A DNA stretch of 64,000 nucleotides from an uncultured Ignavibacteriales bacterium (lineage in GTDB: Bacteria; Zixibacteria; MSB-5A5; GN15; FEB-12). The notes beneath the pieces were generated by a model, which had not been told where the DNA came from, ran no database searches, and saw only the letters and a list, made by a program, of their open reading frames with translations. Below, piece after piece: positions 1 to 8,188 of this stretch; position 1 is the first letter of the stretch; each line of letters starts with the position of its first letter. The position numbers were made by a program, and so were the translations under genes. The stretch lies in assembly GCA_964571235.1 (NCBI GenBank), contig CAZNAI010000003.1:77924-141923 (forward strand), in the 5' to 3' direction.

Positions 1-454
1 AAATCCTGCTGTCCTGCGGATCGACTGCTCCGCCACCGATATCATACCGAAAGTCACCCAAGAACTGAAATGGTTCTTGTCCACTAAATGCCGAAATCTC
101 ATAGAAGAACGAGTCCAAAGGATTCGCGCAGGACCTACCAATCACTACATCCTTCACATGATCCCGATTTACATCCCCAATCATCACATAAGTCACAAAC
201 GAATCTGGCGAATATGACTGCTGGAACAAAATCGAATCGTTCAAAATGGAATAGAGCGCAAAGGCGTGATCGGTACGAGCGAGCGCCTCGGGTGTGCCGT
301 CGTTGTCAATATCACCAAACGCAATTTGCCGAATGGTGTCGGCCATCGGAATTTGAAACGAATATTCCTGAACCAGGTCAATAGATGCCCCGAAAATGGA
401 ACTCGACGATAACAGCCAAACGATTACTACCAAGCCTCGCATCTTGCCCATCAT
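1..454 (-). CDS. secreted FG-GAP/VCBS-like repeat protein, N-terminal fragment (gene continues beyond the left edge)
   Basis: Absent from the ORF track because no stop lies inside the window. My own minus-strand translation from ATG 454 (second ATG 451) reads MMGKMRGLVVIVWLLSSSSIFGASIDLVQEY..FGDIDNDGTPEALAR..IGDVNRDHVKDVVIG. It has a signal-peptide-like N-terminus, AAGGAG at 459-464 and two DxDxDG-type loops. The + ORF 88..384 is its antisense shadow. Confidence 0.55.
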   Translation of the reverse strand, partial: MMGKMRGLVVIVWLLSSSSIFGASIDLVQEYSFQIPMADTIRQIAFGDIDNDGTPEALARTDHAFALYSILNDSILFQQSYSPDSFVTYVMIGDVNRDHVKDVVIGRSCANPLDSFFYEISAFSGQEPFQFLGDFRYDIGGGAVDPQDSRI

Positions 455-523
455 CACACTCCTTTGCCAGTGCGCTCCTGCAAGATAATAGACGAGTTAC
501 TCAATGCCAATAACTAAACAGCC

Positions 524-1183
524 TCACTCCCCCTTGAACCCGATCATCTGATGCGTGCTGTCACAAAACGGCTTGGTCCCCGATCCGCCGCACCGACAAA
601 ACCAAGCCTCGTTGGTCTGGACCGATTCTTTGGTAAGTCGCGAACTGAGTGTCATCGTCCCGATCATTCCGATAGGGCCATCTTTGGAAAATTCGATTCG
701 GAGAGAACCGCTTGGCATGTCGCCGCCCGTTGATTCGACAATCCCATCCGGGATTGCTCCCTTATCGCGAAACTTTATTTCTATATGCTGATTGTCACAA
801 TGCGGCTTGTTGTTGGATTTTCCGCACCGACAGAGTGAGAGGCGCGTGGCGCGGCCAATGACTGCACCTTCGCTATCGACTATTTCAATGTTCCCGCGCA
901 CATAGATCGGGCCGTGCGGATTGATCACGACCGTGTTGTGCTCCGGTGGAATCTCCGAAACGGCCGCACCGGTAAACTGATACTGGAGCGCTCCCGATGG
1001 GCATCGCTCAACTGTTTCGGCCACCTGAGCGGCATCGGCATTGTCCGGCGCAATCCATACTCGTTGCGAGGTATCAAAGACCGCCGGCAGACCGCGCAGA
1101 CACTCAGCGACATGAATACACCGTGACTTGTCGAACGTGACTGTGATTTTCGCACCTTCGTACTTCTGCAATTTGCCCGACAT
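524..1183 (-). CDS. CDGSH iron-sulfur domain protein with an N-terminal divergent 4Fe-4S mono-cluster-like region
   Basis: Two CDGSH-type motifs are read directly: CRCGKSNNKPHCDNQH and CRCGGSGTKPFCDSTH (pattern C-x-C-x2-S-x3-P-x-C-D-x2-H). The N-terminus ITVTFDKSRCIHVAEC..ERCPSGAL carries the Cys pattern of the small ferredoxin-like domain usually fused to them. Confidence 0.8.
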   Translation of the reverse strand: MSGKLQKYEGAKITVTFDKSRCIHVAECLRGLPAVFDTSQRVWIAPDNADAAQVAETVERCPSGALQYQFTGAAVSEIPPEHNTVVINPHGPIYVRGNIEIVDSEGAVIGRATRLSLCRCGKSNNKPHCDNQHIEIKFRDKGAIPDGIVESTGGDMPSGSLRIEFSKDGPIGMIGTMTLSSRLTKESVQTNEAWFCRCGGSGTKPFCDSTHQMIGFKGE

Positions 1184-1194
1184 ACGCTATCCTC

Positions 1195-1659
1195 TCACCA
1201 ATAGTTCTTCATCAACTTGGTTACCCAGCGCGGCCCGCTGATTTTTCCCTGCGGCAAGAAGACACGTAGCACGGGCTTGATATCGATCACCGGAGTGCCG
1301 TCGATAGCGTCAAGCCCCTCAACAAACAGCTTCCGTCCTCGCCGCGACTTGAGTTTTACCATTGTTGCCCCAATCCGGTTGGGTCGGGCGCGGCCGCGCA
1401 GTGCGAAGATGCCAAATTTGGGATATTTTGGATTGTCGCGCGGATGACGTTTCCCCCAGCAGATTTCCGACGTTTTTACCCGATCGAAAACGAAGAGTAT
1501 CTCCAAGTGCGAGAAGACGTCAATTCCTTCGAGTGTGTCCAATGATATTTTCGGGTTCAGCTCGATCCGCACCTTCTCGCGGTTCCAGTTGTCATCGGCG
1601 ATTTTCTTGCGGGTTGACCTGACGACCCCAATCGGCTTAATGGTAAATGATTTTGGCAT
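1195..1659 (-). CDS. trmO: TsaA/YaeB-family tRNA methyltransferase (TrmO-like)
   Basis: Family strings IKPIGVVRS, HLEILFVFD, RPNRIG and GLDAIDGTPVIDIKP; the 154-aa size fits the family. Confidence 0.75.
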   Translation of the reverse strand: MPKSFTIKPIGVVRSTRKKIADDNWNREKVRIELNPKISLDTLEGIDVFSHLEILFVFDRVKTSEICWGKRHPRDNPKYPKFGIFALRGRARPNRIGATMVKLKSRRGRKLFVEGLDAIDGTPVIDIKPVLRVFLPQGKISGPRWVTKLMKNYW

Positions 1660-1715
1660 ACCTCAAAGTAGAATCCCGGCTCCAAATAGTCAATCCTCGG
1701 GTTTTCTCCTGGTTT

Positions 1716-1801
1716 ATAGGGCGGGTTCGTCATAAAACCCGCCGTCTTCTCTCGGTGCGTCTCTGCCAAGCAGTGCAGGTCCAAAGACGGACCTGCCCTA
1801 C
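1716..1801. repeat. two hairpin repeat modules (REP-like), one with a CTAC tail
   Basis: atagGGCGGGTTcgtcataaAACCCGCC (1716-1742) and GTGCAGGTCCaaagacGGACCTGCcCTAC (1773-1801). Same architecture as the clusters listed below. Confidence 0.5.
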
Positions 1802-1870
1802 AATAAGACTTGAATATTTCCGCTGGAAACTGAGTATCTTACCGTACTTCAAACAGGAGGAGATGAACAA

Positions 1871-2146
1871 ATGGCCACAGCCGCCGCCGCCGCACATGCC
1901 GCGATGATACAAGCGGTCAAAGCATCGGGAACACTCATCCGGGTGGAAGCAGAGGAGTTTCAGAAGCTTGTCAACAAAAGCGACTCGCCGCTGGTGATCA
2001 CCGCACCGGGAGGGTTCTTCACCAAACACATCAAGTATCTGACCAGCTACAAGGGCCTAAGTTTTTACACCCAGTCGACCACCCCGCTGACACTTCCGTA
2101 CAAAGCCGAGGTGGTCGCCGCCCGCACAATCTGGATGCCGAACTAA
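1871..2146 (+). CDS. small conserved-looking hypothetical protein, translationally abutted to hflX
   Basis: AGGAGG at 1855-1860 lies 10 nt before ATG 1871. The TAA stop (2144-2146) is immediately followed by the hflX ATG (2147). No motif recognised. Confidence 0.5.
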   Translation: MATAAAAAHAAMIQAVKASGTLIRVEAEEFQKLVNKSDSPLVITAPGGFFTKHIKYLTSYKGLSFYTQSTTPLTLPYKAEVVAARTIWMPN

Positions 2147-3259
2147 ATGGTCCTCTCCACTGGCAAAGCAGATACCGAACTTGCGATTCTTGTCGGATTG
2201 GTGCACGGCCGCCACCGGCGGGCCGAGGTCGCCGAGTCGCTCTACGAATTGTCGCAATTGACACTCTCCGCCGGCGCAAAAGTTGTCGGCCAGCGGATTC
2301 AATCGCGACCCGCCCCCGACGCCGCTTATTTCATTGGTCGCGGACTGGTCGACGAACTCAAGCAGTCGCTGGAGGAACTGGGCGGTAACTGTATCATTTT
2401 CGACGATCCCCTTTCCGCCGCTCAACAGCGCAATCTGGAGACCGCCATCGGCGCCAAAGTCATCGACCGGAATATTCTGATATTGGATATTTTCGCCACC
2501 CGGGCGCGTACGTCCGCCGCACGACTGCAAGTTGAATTGGCTCAGCTTGAGTATACGCTCCCCCGTTTGACCGGCGCCTGGGTACACTTCTCCAAACAAT
2601 ACGGTGGCATAGGCGCCAAGGGTCCCGGCGAGACCCAGCTCGAAATCGACCGCCGACAGATTAGAACCAAAATTGAGCACCTCAAAGAGAAACTCAAAAA
2701 GCTCGGTGTCCAACGCGAGACTCAACGCAAAGGTCGACGCGAGATGTTCAAGGTCGCGTTTGTCGGATACACCAACGCCGGCAAGTCGACGCTATTTAAT
2801 CTGCTGACCAAGTCCGATGTCACTGCCGCCAATCAACTCTTCACCACCCTTGATTCTACCACGCGGATGATGTCCGCCGGCTACCCCTGCCGGGTCATTT
2901 TTTCAGACACAGTCGGCTTCATCCGCAAGCTCCCGCATCAACTGGTCGAGTCATTTAAATCGACCCTCGAAGAAGTCGCCCAGGCCGACCTGCTTTTGCA
3001 CGTTGTCGACTGTGCCGACCCGGCTCTATCCAAGGCGATAGCCCAGACCGAGCAGGTCCTGTCCGAAATAGGCGCCGGCTCAATTCCCCATCTGTTGATC
3101 TATAACAAGATAGACGCCAACCCCGAATTTGTCGCGATCGACGGCCGCGGCGCGTCGAGCTTTGTCATTTCGGCTCTGAAACGTACCGGCATTTCCGAAC
3201 TCAAGGCCGAGATTGTCGCCCGTGCCGAACAAGCGACCCGACCTGCCTTTTCCGGTTAA
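2147..3259 (+). CDS. hflX: GTPase HflX
   Basis: HflX N-domain strings (AAQQRNLE, ILDIFATRARTSAARLQVELAQL, GPGETQLEIDRR) followed by a G domain with P-loop GYTNAGKSTLFN, DTVGF and NKID. Confidence 0.9.
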   Translation: MVLSTGKADTELAILVGLVHGRHRRAEVAESLYELSQLTLSAGAKVVGQRIQSRPAPDAAYFIGRGLVDELKQSLEELGGNCIIFDDPLSAAQQRNLETAIGAKVIDRNILILDIFATRARTSAARLQVELAQLEYTLPRLTGAWVHFSKQYGGIGAKGPGETQLEIDRRQIRTKIEHLKEKLKKLGVQRETQRKGRREMFKVAFVGYTNAGKSTLFNLLTKSDVTAANQLFTTLDSTTRMMSAGYPCRVIFSDTVGFIRKLPHQLVESFKSTLEEVAQADLLLHVVDCADPALSKAIAQTEQVLSEIGAGSIPHLLIYNKIDANPEFVAIDGRGASSFVISALKRTGISELKAEIVARAEQATRPAFSG

Positions 3260-3303
3260 CTTTCTGACCGGACTGCCGATACCTACAAAAAACAGGTGAA
3301 GGT

Positions 3304-3660
3304 ATGTCCAAAAGAATTCTCATCGTCGACGACAACCCCAATATGTCATCCCTTCTACAGGAAATGCTCGAGGTTTTCGACTACGAGTCGGTCCGCGCCG
3401 GCGACGGCCCCGAGGCGCTTGTAGAATTGGCCAAGGGCGGATTTTCCCTGGTGATCACCGATATGCGCATGCCGAACATGTCGGGGCTGGAACTGCTCAA
3501 AGAAGTCAAAGACAAATTCCCCAAAGTTCCGGTGGTGCTGATTTCCGGTTACTCGGTTTCCGAGATTGAACATCAGGCCGGATCGCTTCAACCCGATGGA
3601 ATTTTGGGCAAGCCGCTCATGATGTCCGATATCGAGCGGATGCTCAACTCGGTGCTTTAG
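3304..3660 (+). CDS. stand-alone response-regulator receiver domain (CheY-like)
   Basis: ILIVDDN..., phospho-acceptor context LVITDMRMPNMSG, conserved K in GILGKP. 118 aa with no output domain. Confidence 0.85.
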   Translation: MSKRILIVDDNPNMSSLLQEMLEVFDYESVRAGDGPEALVELAKGGFSLVITDMRMPNMSGLELLKEVKDKFPKVPVVLISGYSVSEIEHQAGSLQPDGILGKPLMMSDIERMLNSVL

Positions 3661-3700
3661 AAATTTCGATACAGATTTCGTTTTCACAGCCACTACTGCA

Positions 3701-3723
3701 AAGCCCGCCACGCGGGCTTTTTT
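3701..3723 (+). terminator. rho-independent terminator after the receiver gene
   Basis: AAGCCCGC-cac-GCGGGCTT followed by a T-run (3718-3723). Confidence 0.6.
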
Positions 3724-3872
3724 GATATGCGCTAGATCTTCTTGTAGGTCGAAGTCCCCTGCCGCGCCGAAGGCCCCAGCCAGCGGTGCAACCACCGCGC
3801 CACCAATCTTGACAACAAGGGGTATTTTCACCATAATCCAGTAGTTGGCGAAATCACTTTGGGAGGATTGAC

Positions 3873-6059
3873 ATGTTGTCTCGGCTGATCCTGCTCTCCT
3901 TTCTGACGCTCGCGCTTGGTGCCTTTGCCCCGTCGGCATTCGCGGTGACCACCGAAGAATTCAAAGCTGTATACGATTCTTTGCAACGCCAGACGCTCGA
4001 CCGCTCCGGCGAGGTGGCCGAGATTGACAGTTTCACCTATGTCAAGGATGTCGCTACTTTCCGTTTCGGCAAAGGCACGATGCTCCTGCAACGCCCTGTC
4101 CACGGCCGCCCGACGTTGGCCGCTTTCGTTGGACAGGGGCACATTCAAATTGCAATACCGGTCGCGGTTGAACGCGAAGCTCTGGAAAATGTCGCTGGTG
4201 ATTCGACAATCGACGAGGATTTTAGCGTGTGCGTTTTTCGTATAGGCGACGATTTCGATCAGGCGCTAAAGAGCCGTTTCAATTTTCAAAAAGGACAGAT
4301 GGGAACAACTGATTTCGGTAAAGTCCGCGATGCACAGGGCGAGTACTTTTTCAAGCCGACCTTGGCGGACTTTCATGACAATATCACCGAACTGGCTGTC
4401 TCGGTATTTGAGAGGGCCAAAGACGGGTTTTTCTACGCCGCCTTTAACAAGAAGATGTTTCTATTTGACCCGAACCGCCCGGAAGAAGTTACTGTTGCCG
4501 ACTCCGATCCACTCCGATTCGCACTAAGCTCGCTCAATCCGAGTTTCCGACGATCAGAACGCATCGGTCCGGATCCCGAACTCTTGTCGGAAATGAACTA
4601 TCAGATCTCTCCGATCCGTCATGATGCGATTCTGGAAATGGGTGGTTCCGACGGTTGGTCGGTGGAGCGCGCTCAAATCCGGGCAAAAGTGGTCATTCGC
4701 GCCGATAGTCTTCGCTTTGTCAGACTATTTTTGGACCCTCATCTCACACCCGATTCGATCCGATGCAACAAAGCTCCGGTCGCATGGTTTCGCCGTTACG
4801 AGTTTTATCATCTGGAATTGCTCCTTGATCGGTATGCACGTCAAGGCGATACGCTCACGGTTGACCTATGGTTGCACGACGTGGGAAATTCCTATAATGT
4901 TCTGCGCTTGTTCACAGACGATCGTTCCCTTTCTCGAACAAGCATCCAATTGATCTTCCCTAAGGAGTACGAATATGCGGCTCCGGCTCGAAGCGAAAGG
5001 TTCGCCGTTGACAATTCGCGAGTCCAGTGCCAGGCCGGCCCGTTGTTCTGTCGAAACGTTCCGTTCATGGCGATGCCCTCTGGGTATGATACTTCCACGC
5101 TCTCGGTGAATGAAGATCTCGCGTTGACGTTTATTCGTCCTACGGATATCATTCATCTCCGGCAGGAGTTTGTGGACACAACGATTGATGCCTATCGCTA
5201 TTTCTATGAGAACTTCGGGCTGCCGTCCAATCTCTCAAAGTGGTACGTACTCCCGTTTGGCCCATTTGCGAACCTGGGCATGATCGGCTACCGGCTGAAC
5301 CGGACGGACAAGAACACCGGCGGCTTCTACACTGTCGCCGGACAAGGCGTTGCACCTGCCTGGTTCGATCCCACATTTCAACCGAAGTCCTACCGTGAAG
5401 AATGGATGCGAGAAGCAGTGCCCAGATACCTCGGTCTGCTCTATACGCAACAACGAGCCGGTGGCGGGCCTCTGTATACACAGCTCAATTCCCTGAGAAC
5501 TGGTGCCGAAGATGCCCGGGATCACAAAGTAGAAGCGCCACTCGCGATTGGAGATCGCTCGGGACAAACAGTGCAGATGATCCGCGGTGTCTGGCTTTTG
5601 CATATGCTCAGGACACTGATGTTCGACGCTGAAAGCATGAAAGAAGATGTGTTCTGGGCCTTTTTGAGAGATTTGGTAGAACTTGGCAATCAACAGAAGT
5701 TCTCAAACACTGATTTTTGTCATCTGGCCGAACAACATTTCGGAAGCGAGCTTGACTGGTTTTTCGATCCGTGGTTGTACAAACGAGGATTTCCTGATTT
5801 CGACGTCACTTGGAAAACCGCTCAGGAGAGCGACGGCTTCTATGTTGACATGCACATTCTTACTTCGAGAGTCGACCTCGAGAATGTCTATCCGGTGATG
5901 CTTAGAGTAACTGTCCCGGCCGGTTCGGCGCTTTTGCGTCAGGGAATAGCCGGTGCCAAGCAGGATTACCGCATCGGCCCTTTCAGAGAAGCTCCCACTG
6001 ACCTCAAATTCAACGAATACGAAAGTGTCCTGTGCCAATCAAAAATCCGCAAGCTCTGA
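3873..6059 (+). CDS. secreted M1-aminopeptidase-like protein with a degenerate zinc site (pseudo-peptidase), paralogue of 44067..46271
   Basis: Signal peptide MLSRLILLSFLTLALGAFAPSAFA and GGGAGG before the ATG. The C-terminal half carries M1-family strings (WLLHMLRTLMFD, DFCHLAEQHFGSELDWFFDPWLYKRGFPDF). The HExxH position reads QGVAP, and the downstream Glu sits exactly 18 residues later (WMREAV). Confidence 0.75.
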   Translation: MLSRLILLSFLTLALGAFAPSAFAVTTEEFKAVYDSLQRQTLDRSGEVAEIDSFTYVKDVATFRFGKGTMLLQRPVHGRPTLAAFVGQGHIQIAIPVAVEREALENVAGDSTIDEDFSVCVFRIGDDFDQALKSRFNFQKGQMGTTDFGKVRDAQGEYFFKPTLADFHDNITELAVSVFERAKDGFFYAAFNKKMFLFDPNRPEEVTVADSDPLRFALSSLNPSFRRSERIGPDPELLSEMNYQISPIRHDAILEMGGSDGWSVERAQIRAKVVIRADSLRFVRLFLDPHLTPDSIRCNKAPVAWFRRYEFYHLELLLDRYARQGDTLTVDLWLHDVGNSYNVLRLFTDDRSLSRTSIQLIFPKEYEYAAPARSERFAVDNSRVQCQAGPLFCRNVPFMAMPSGYDTSTLSVNEDLALTFIRPTDIIHLRQEFVDTTIDAYRYFYENFGLPSNLSKWYVLPFGPFANLGMIGYRLNRTDKNTGGFYTVAGQGVAPAWFDPTFQPKSYREEWMREAVPRYLGLLYTQQRAGGGPLYTQLNSLRTGAEDARDHKVEAPLAIGDRSGQTVQMIRGVWLLHMLRTLMFDAESMKEDVFWAFLRDLVELGNQQKFSNTDFCHLAEQHFGSELDWFFDPWLYKRGFPDFDVTWKTAQESDGFYVDMHILTSRVDLENVYPVMLRVTVPAGSALLRQGIAGAKQDYRIGPFREAPTDLKFNEYESVLCQSKIRKL

Positions 6060-6112
6060 GGCGGCACATTATGCAGGATTGACCGTTCTCACCGCAGGTT
6101 ATATCTTGGGGT

Positions 6113-6808
6113 ATGCCTGCAAGCACCACCCCCACCAAATCCCACCTGAGGCGTTGTTACCTCTTTGCCGAACTGCCCGACAAACTGCTCGAGCAGATCG
6201 CCTCGGCGGCGTCGATCGTGTCGGCCTCGCGCGAGGAGATACTCTTCTCCGACGGTGAGCCGGCGCATTCGTTTTATGTCGTCGCGGAGGGACGGGTGAA
6301 AGTTTTCAAAATGTCGCCCGACGGTAAAGAGCAAATCCTGTTGATCGCCAATCCGGGGGATTCCTTTGCGGAAGCCGCCATGTTTGCGGGCGGGCGGTTT
6401 CCCGCTTCCGCTCAGGCATTAACCGACTCAGAATTGATTGCACTCAGTCGCGAGAAATTTGTCGCGCTGGTGAAGGCCTCACCGGAACTGTCCCTTACGC
6501 TAATCGCCCGCCTGTCACAATTACTGCGCAAGCTCACCGGATTGGTTGAAGAACTCTCGCTGACCGATGTCACCACCCGCGTGGCGCATCATCTGCACAA
6601 CATGATCGATACCAAAACCGGCAAACCCCAGCGCAAGATCAGTCTGCCCGAGAAGAAGACGACATTGGCGTCGCAACTTGGGACAATCCCCGAAACACTT
6701 TCGCGCTCACTTGCAAAACTTACCAAAGAGGGCGTGATCAAAGTCGACGGCCGCGCGATTGAGATTTTAGATCCGGCGAGATTGGCCGAGATTGCGGGTG
6801 GGGAATAA
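6113..6808 (+). CDS. Crp/Fnr-family transcriptional regulator
   Basis: Cyclic-nucleotide-binding fold strings (FYVVAEGRVKVF, GDSFAEAAMF) plus a C-terminal HTH (TLASQLGTIPETLSRSLAKLTKEGVI). Confidence 0.85.
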   Translation: MPASTTPTKSHLRRCYLFAELPDKLLEQIASAASIVSASREEILFSDGEPAHSFYVVAEGRVKVFKMSPDGKEQILLIANPGDSFAEAAMFAGGRFPASAQALTDSELIALSREKFVALVKASPELSLTLIARLSQLLRKLTGLVEELSLTDVTTRVAHHLHNMIDTKTGKPQRKISLPEKKTTLASQLGTIPETLSRSLAKLTKEGVIKVDGRAIEILDPARLAEIAGGE

Positions 6809-6838
6809 TTGATTCGGCAATTGTCCCGCATCCAATTG

Positions 6839-7378
6839 TCAATTTCGATTACGCTTCACCGCCGCCACCAAAATCGGCACCAAAATTAACTGAAGCGCAA
6901 TTCCCGGTAATCCGCTCACAATCGCCCCGCCGGTCGAGAACCATTTCGCCGCGGTGTAGGGCAGATCTATAAACATCCCCAGCACAAAGAGCGACAAGCC
7001 AAACATGATTCGCCCGACAATCATCGCCGCCACCAGCGCGACATAGATATTGAGTTTGAGCCGGTTGTACGCAATCCCCGCAACCAGTCCGTAAATGGGC
7101 AGTTCGACCGACATAAGCGGCACCGCGTACGGCGGCGGCATTTGAGTCAGCAGATGCGAAATGGTCGGCGCGAGAAGCCCGACCACCACGCCGCTTGCCG
7201 GCCCCACCAAGAACCCGGCCAGCAAAACCGGCAGGTGCATCGGCAAGAAGACTCGTCCCGCAATCGGGTACCCGGCCGCGTTGCCCAAAAGATGAAACGC
7301 CATCGGCAAAGTGACCGCCAACGCCAAATAGAGCGCAGAGTGGGTTATCCACCGTGCTCGCGAGAATTGTTCGCTCAT
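6839..7378 (-). CDS. small polytopic membrane protein, ECF-transporter S-component-like (tentative)
   Basis: About 5-6 hydrophobic segments in 179 aa. Size and Gly/Pro-rich TM pattern resemble ECF substrate-capture subunits. No ECF A/T genes are adjacent. Confidence 0.45.
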   Translation of the reverse strand: MSEQFSRARWITHSALYLALAVTLPMAFHLLGNAAGYPIAGRVFLPMHLPVLLAGFLVGPASGVVVGLLAPTISHLLTQMPPPYAVPLMSVELPIYGLVAGIAYNRLKLNIYVALVAAMIVGRIMFGLSLFVLGMFIDLPYTAAKWFSTGGAIVSGLPGIALQLILVPILVAAVKRNRN

Positions 7379-7391
7379 TGATTTGAAATGT

Positions 7392-7991
7392 TCAGGAATT
7401 GATAGCAGTCGCCAGATACAAGTTCGGGTGATCGTCGATCACCAAATTCTTAAATCCGGCGCCTGCGAAAAGCTTTTGCATCTGTTCGGCGGTAGGAAGA
7501 ACATCCTCGGCGACCACTCCCCCCTGACGGTGGTGGTGCATCGCCAGTTGTTTGGATGACACCAGATGAATGAAGCACAATTTCCCGCCCGGTTTGAGCA
7601 CCCGGTGAATCTCCGCCAATGCCTTTGACTTGTCCTCGAAATGCGGAAAAGCGCGGAAACCGACACTCAGATCAAATGTCTTGTCGGCAAACGGCAACGC
7701 CACAACGTCGGCGTCGACCACATTGACATTCTCAAACGGAAAATTCCGGTGCGCCCGCTTGACCATTTGAATCGAAAAATCGACTCCGGTTACAGTCCCG
7801 CGCTCGCCGGTTTTTCGCCTGAGCATATCAAACAAAATCCCGGTGCCACACCCTAAGTCCAGAATGTGCGAACCTGCGGCTACTTCCATCGAATCGACCA
7901 GCCGCGACAGCCGCTCAAGGTCCTCGGCGGTGTAGTCAAGGTCCCATTCGGCGGCCATCCGGTCAAAAAACTCCTGGCGGGCGTCGTGCAT
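7392..7991 (-). CDS. class I SAM-dependent methyltransferase
   Basis: Motif I ILDLGCGTGILF and post-I VTGVDFS; Methyltransf_11-like layout. Confidence 0.8.
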   Translation of the reverse strand: MHDARQEFFDRMAAEWDLDYTAEDLERLSRLVDSMEVAAGSHILDLGCGTGILFDMLRRKTGERGTVTGVDFSIQMVKRAHRNFPFENVNVVDADVVALPFADKTFDLSVGFRAFPHFEDKSKALAEIHRVLKPGGKLCFIHLVSSKQLAMHHHRQGGVVAEDVLPTAEQMQKLFAGAGFKNLVIDDHPNLYLATAINS

Positions 7992-8188
7992 AATGGCCCA
8001 ATTTGCCCCAGAGGCGCGATACTGTCAAGCGGTTTCGGGACGTTGACTGGCAAGAGGTTAACTCCAGCGACTGAATTCGTCCACTATCGACCACCCCGAC
8101 TATCACTTTAGCTATTTTCTCCCGGATTGCCAGTGTGGCCGCGCCACTTTGTGCGTATATTTCAAGTTACCCGATTTTGGAGCAACTT

